DNA from: Selaginella moellendorffii
Lineage: Eukaryota; Plantae; Lycopodiophyta
DNA: 64,000 nt
NCBI RefSeq assembly: GCF_000143415.4
Contig: NW_003314286.1
Location: 1,549,718-1,613,717 of the forward strand
Reading direction: 5' to 3'
This document shows, one piece after another, positions 62,208-64,000 of this stretch. The notes under the pieces were generated by a model, which did not search any database, was not told where the DNA came from, and saw only the letters and a list, made by a program, of their open reading frames with translations. A program made the translations under genes and the position numbers. Each line of letters opens with the position of its first letter. Positions within the stretch are counted from its first letter, which is position 1.

Positions 62208-64000
62208 ATGGCTATGGCGCTCGAGGCGCAATGCACGGCATTGATCAATCTGCGGCAGCGCTCTTCGATCTGGAGCGCGAAGGCATCGCAATATCGCCCC
62301 AGGAGCGCGCTGCGATGTTGCGGCCCTGTGGTTTTCGTCCAAGGGATTCAGCTGGAACACATCAAGTCCTGGATCCAAGATAGGTTTGAGCATCGCAAGC
62401 GCTTGATCGGGATCGATGACGCTGAGGAATCCGGCGGCTCTCTCGTCGAGGACGATCGTGCCAAATTTAACCTCGACCTCGCGGTGATGCTGGCTGGATT
62501 CGCATTCGAGTCCTACAATTCTCCTCCTGTAAGCTTGCGAGTTCTTTGTTCTTTCTCTTGCTCCTTTGGAGGCTTGCGATTTTTCTTTTCTCCTTTGTAA
62601 GCCTGCGAATTTGTTTTTCTCTTGCTCCTTTGTAAGCTTGCAAGTATATGTTCTCTCCTGTTCTAACTTGAACTTCTCGGCACCGTTCTTCCAGCCAAAC
62701 GTTGGGATTCGCGAGACGGATGGACAGAGCTGCGAGACTACTTACATGTCCGAGTACGTAACTTATCGAATTGTTCTTGGACGTTTCTTCATTTGAGCTG
62801 TGTGATGCAGTGGTCTCATGCGTGAACTGTATCACGGACAACTTACGGTTAAACTGGAAAAAGGTGTCAGTCTTCCAGGGCTTGATCTTTGGGTATGGTG
62901 TACTTGGGTTCTTTTTGATCGACAATGAAAGTGCAGGGAACAAGTGATCCTTACGTGTGGCTTCGAATAGGAAATTGTGCTAAGCAGAGCAAAACGGCAT
63001 GGGCGTAAGTGAAAACTTCCTCGAAATATTGTTAAGTATGTTTGTCCGCGCAGAACAAAAGACCCTGTTTGGAATGAAACACATGTTCTAAATGTTGCTG
63101 ATCCTTTGACGCAGTCCTTGAAGGTAGAATTTTCAAAAACGATGTCGGCTAATGTTGCAGCTTATTCGCAGGTTGCTGTGTGGGATGCTAATATTCTAAG
63201 CGTGCACAAACGATTAGGAAACTATGAAGTTGAGCTCAGCACTTTGTGTGATGGTAGGAGTCATTCTACTGTTTTCTCTTTTTGTTTTGTAATGCGTAAT
63301 GCGTACAGGAACGGCTCATGACATCGAAATGCAATTGGAAGGCATGGGAGGTGGTGGGTCACTTTATCTCAAGGTCAGATGTTTCTTTTCTCGAATTAGT
63401 GCCTGACTATTGAATATGTATATCCAGGTCCAGTACAAGAGTTTTGCTGATATAGATGGAGAGAATAGCGTGTGGGAAGTTCCTTTTCTGTCCGACTTGA
63501 TCAAAGGAGGCATCGGAAACGTTTTGACGTCGGTCCTTGGCCCGGACGGGATAAAGGTCCAGGACTTCGTAGGCTCAACGATCGGTTCGTTACACCTCTT
63601 GCCTTCTACATCAGCTGCTAATGAAACATACCAAGAAGCATCATCCAACGGGGCAGACTTGATCAACAGCGTAGCAAATGCTATGAAGAACTGCCTGGGT
63701 GGTTTTGACTTGCACCCTTCAAGTCTCTGGAATTTTCATGGTGAAGACCATGACACGTTGAAGGAGTCGGGATTAGAGCTACAGGCTAGAGCTGAAGCGC
63801 ACTACTTAGAGAAACGTTTAGTTCATCCGAGCAGTGAGGAGTCCGAAAGTATCGCAGAGGCGGTCCTTCCCGAGGTTAAGGAGACGTTGCTGAACATTTC
63901 AGGACGTGTGGAGGAAACTCTCGGTTCGTTGTTGATGCTGGCTATCGGACGAAGTACTGGAAGTGATAAGCCAAATGATGCCGCAGAAGTCATTCAGAAT
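62208..64000 (+). CDS. C2-domain / class 3 lipase (At4g13550/HIL1-like), 3' end beyond the window
   Basis: [20 protein letters not shown]; [31 protein letters not shown]; [17 protein letters not shown]; the lipase domain itself is not reached in this window. Confidence 0.8.

Overview
Eukaryotic plant nuclear DNA with very compact genes: mostly 50-80 nt GT-AG introns, intergenic gaps down to about 50 bp, and telo-boxes at 5' ends. This architecture suggests a lycophyte such as Selaginella (inference). Two gene-dense blocks flank a transposon nest. Block 1 (1-29.8 kb) has a 2OG-dioxygenase, EH-domain protein, BLOC1S2, LRR-RLP, C2/Gly-rich protein, TM9SF, metallophosphoesterase, FAR, Misato, TRM8, TIGR01589 protein and ALIS/CDC50. 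Block 2 (53.8-64 kb) has Costars, PIG-L, a cupin, PDCD5, two trihelix factors and a C2-lipase. The nest (32.1-49.2 kb) is a decayed PIF/Harbinger element containing a probable solo LTR, into which two LTR retrotransposons inserted, each with a perfect 5-bp TSD. Main findings: (1) A young chromodomain Ty3/Gypsy element has a PBS that is an exact 15-nt complement of its own predicted transcript 5' end (tRNA-independent self-priming) and a PEG10-type G-GGA-AAC plus stem-loop -1 frameshift signal; its ORFs are broken only by five C-to-T-type in-frame stops. (2) The two LTRs of the second element differ by a clean nested double inversion. (3) Short captured coding fragments (eEF2, ALIS, BLOC1S2, possibly GSK3) sit in promoter or intergenic gaps. 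(4) There is an amaranthin-aerolysin pseudogene. All calls are by eye; no database searches were run.
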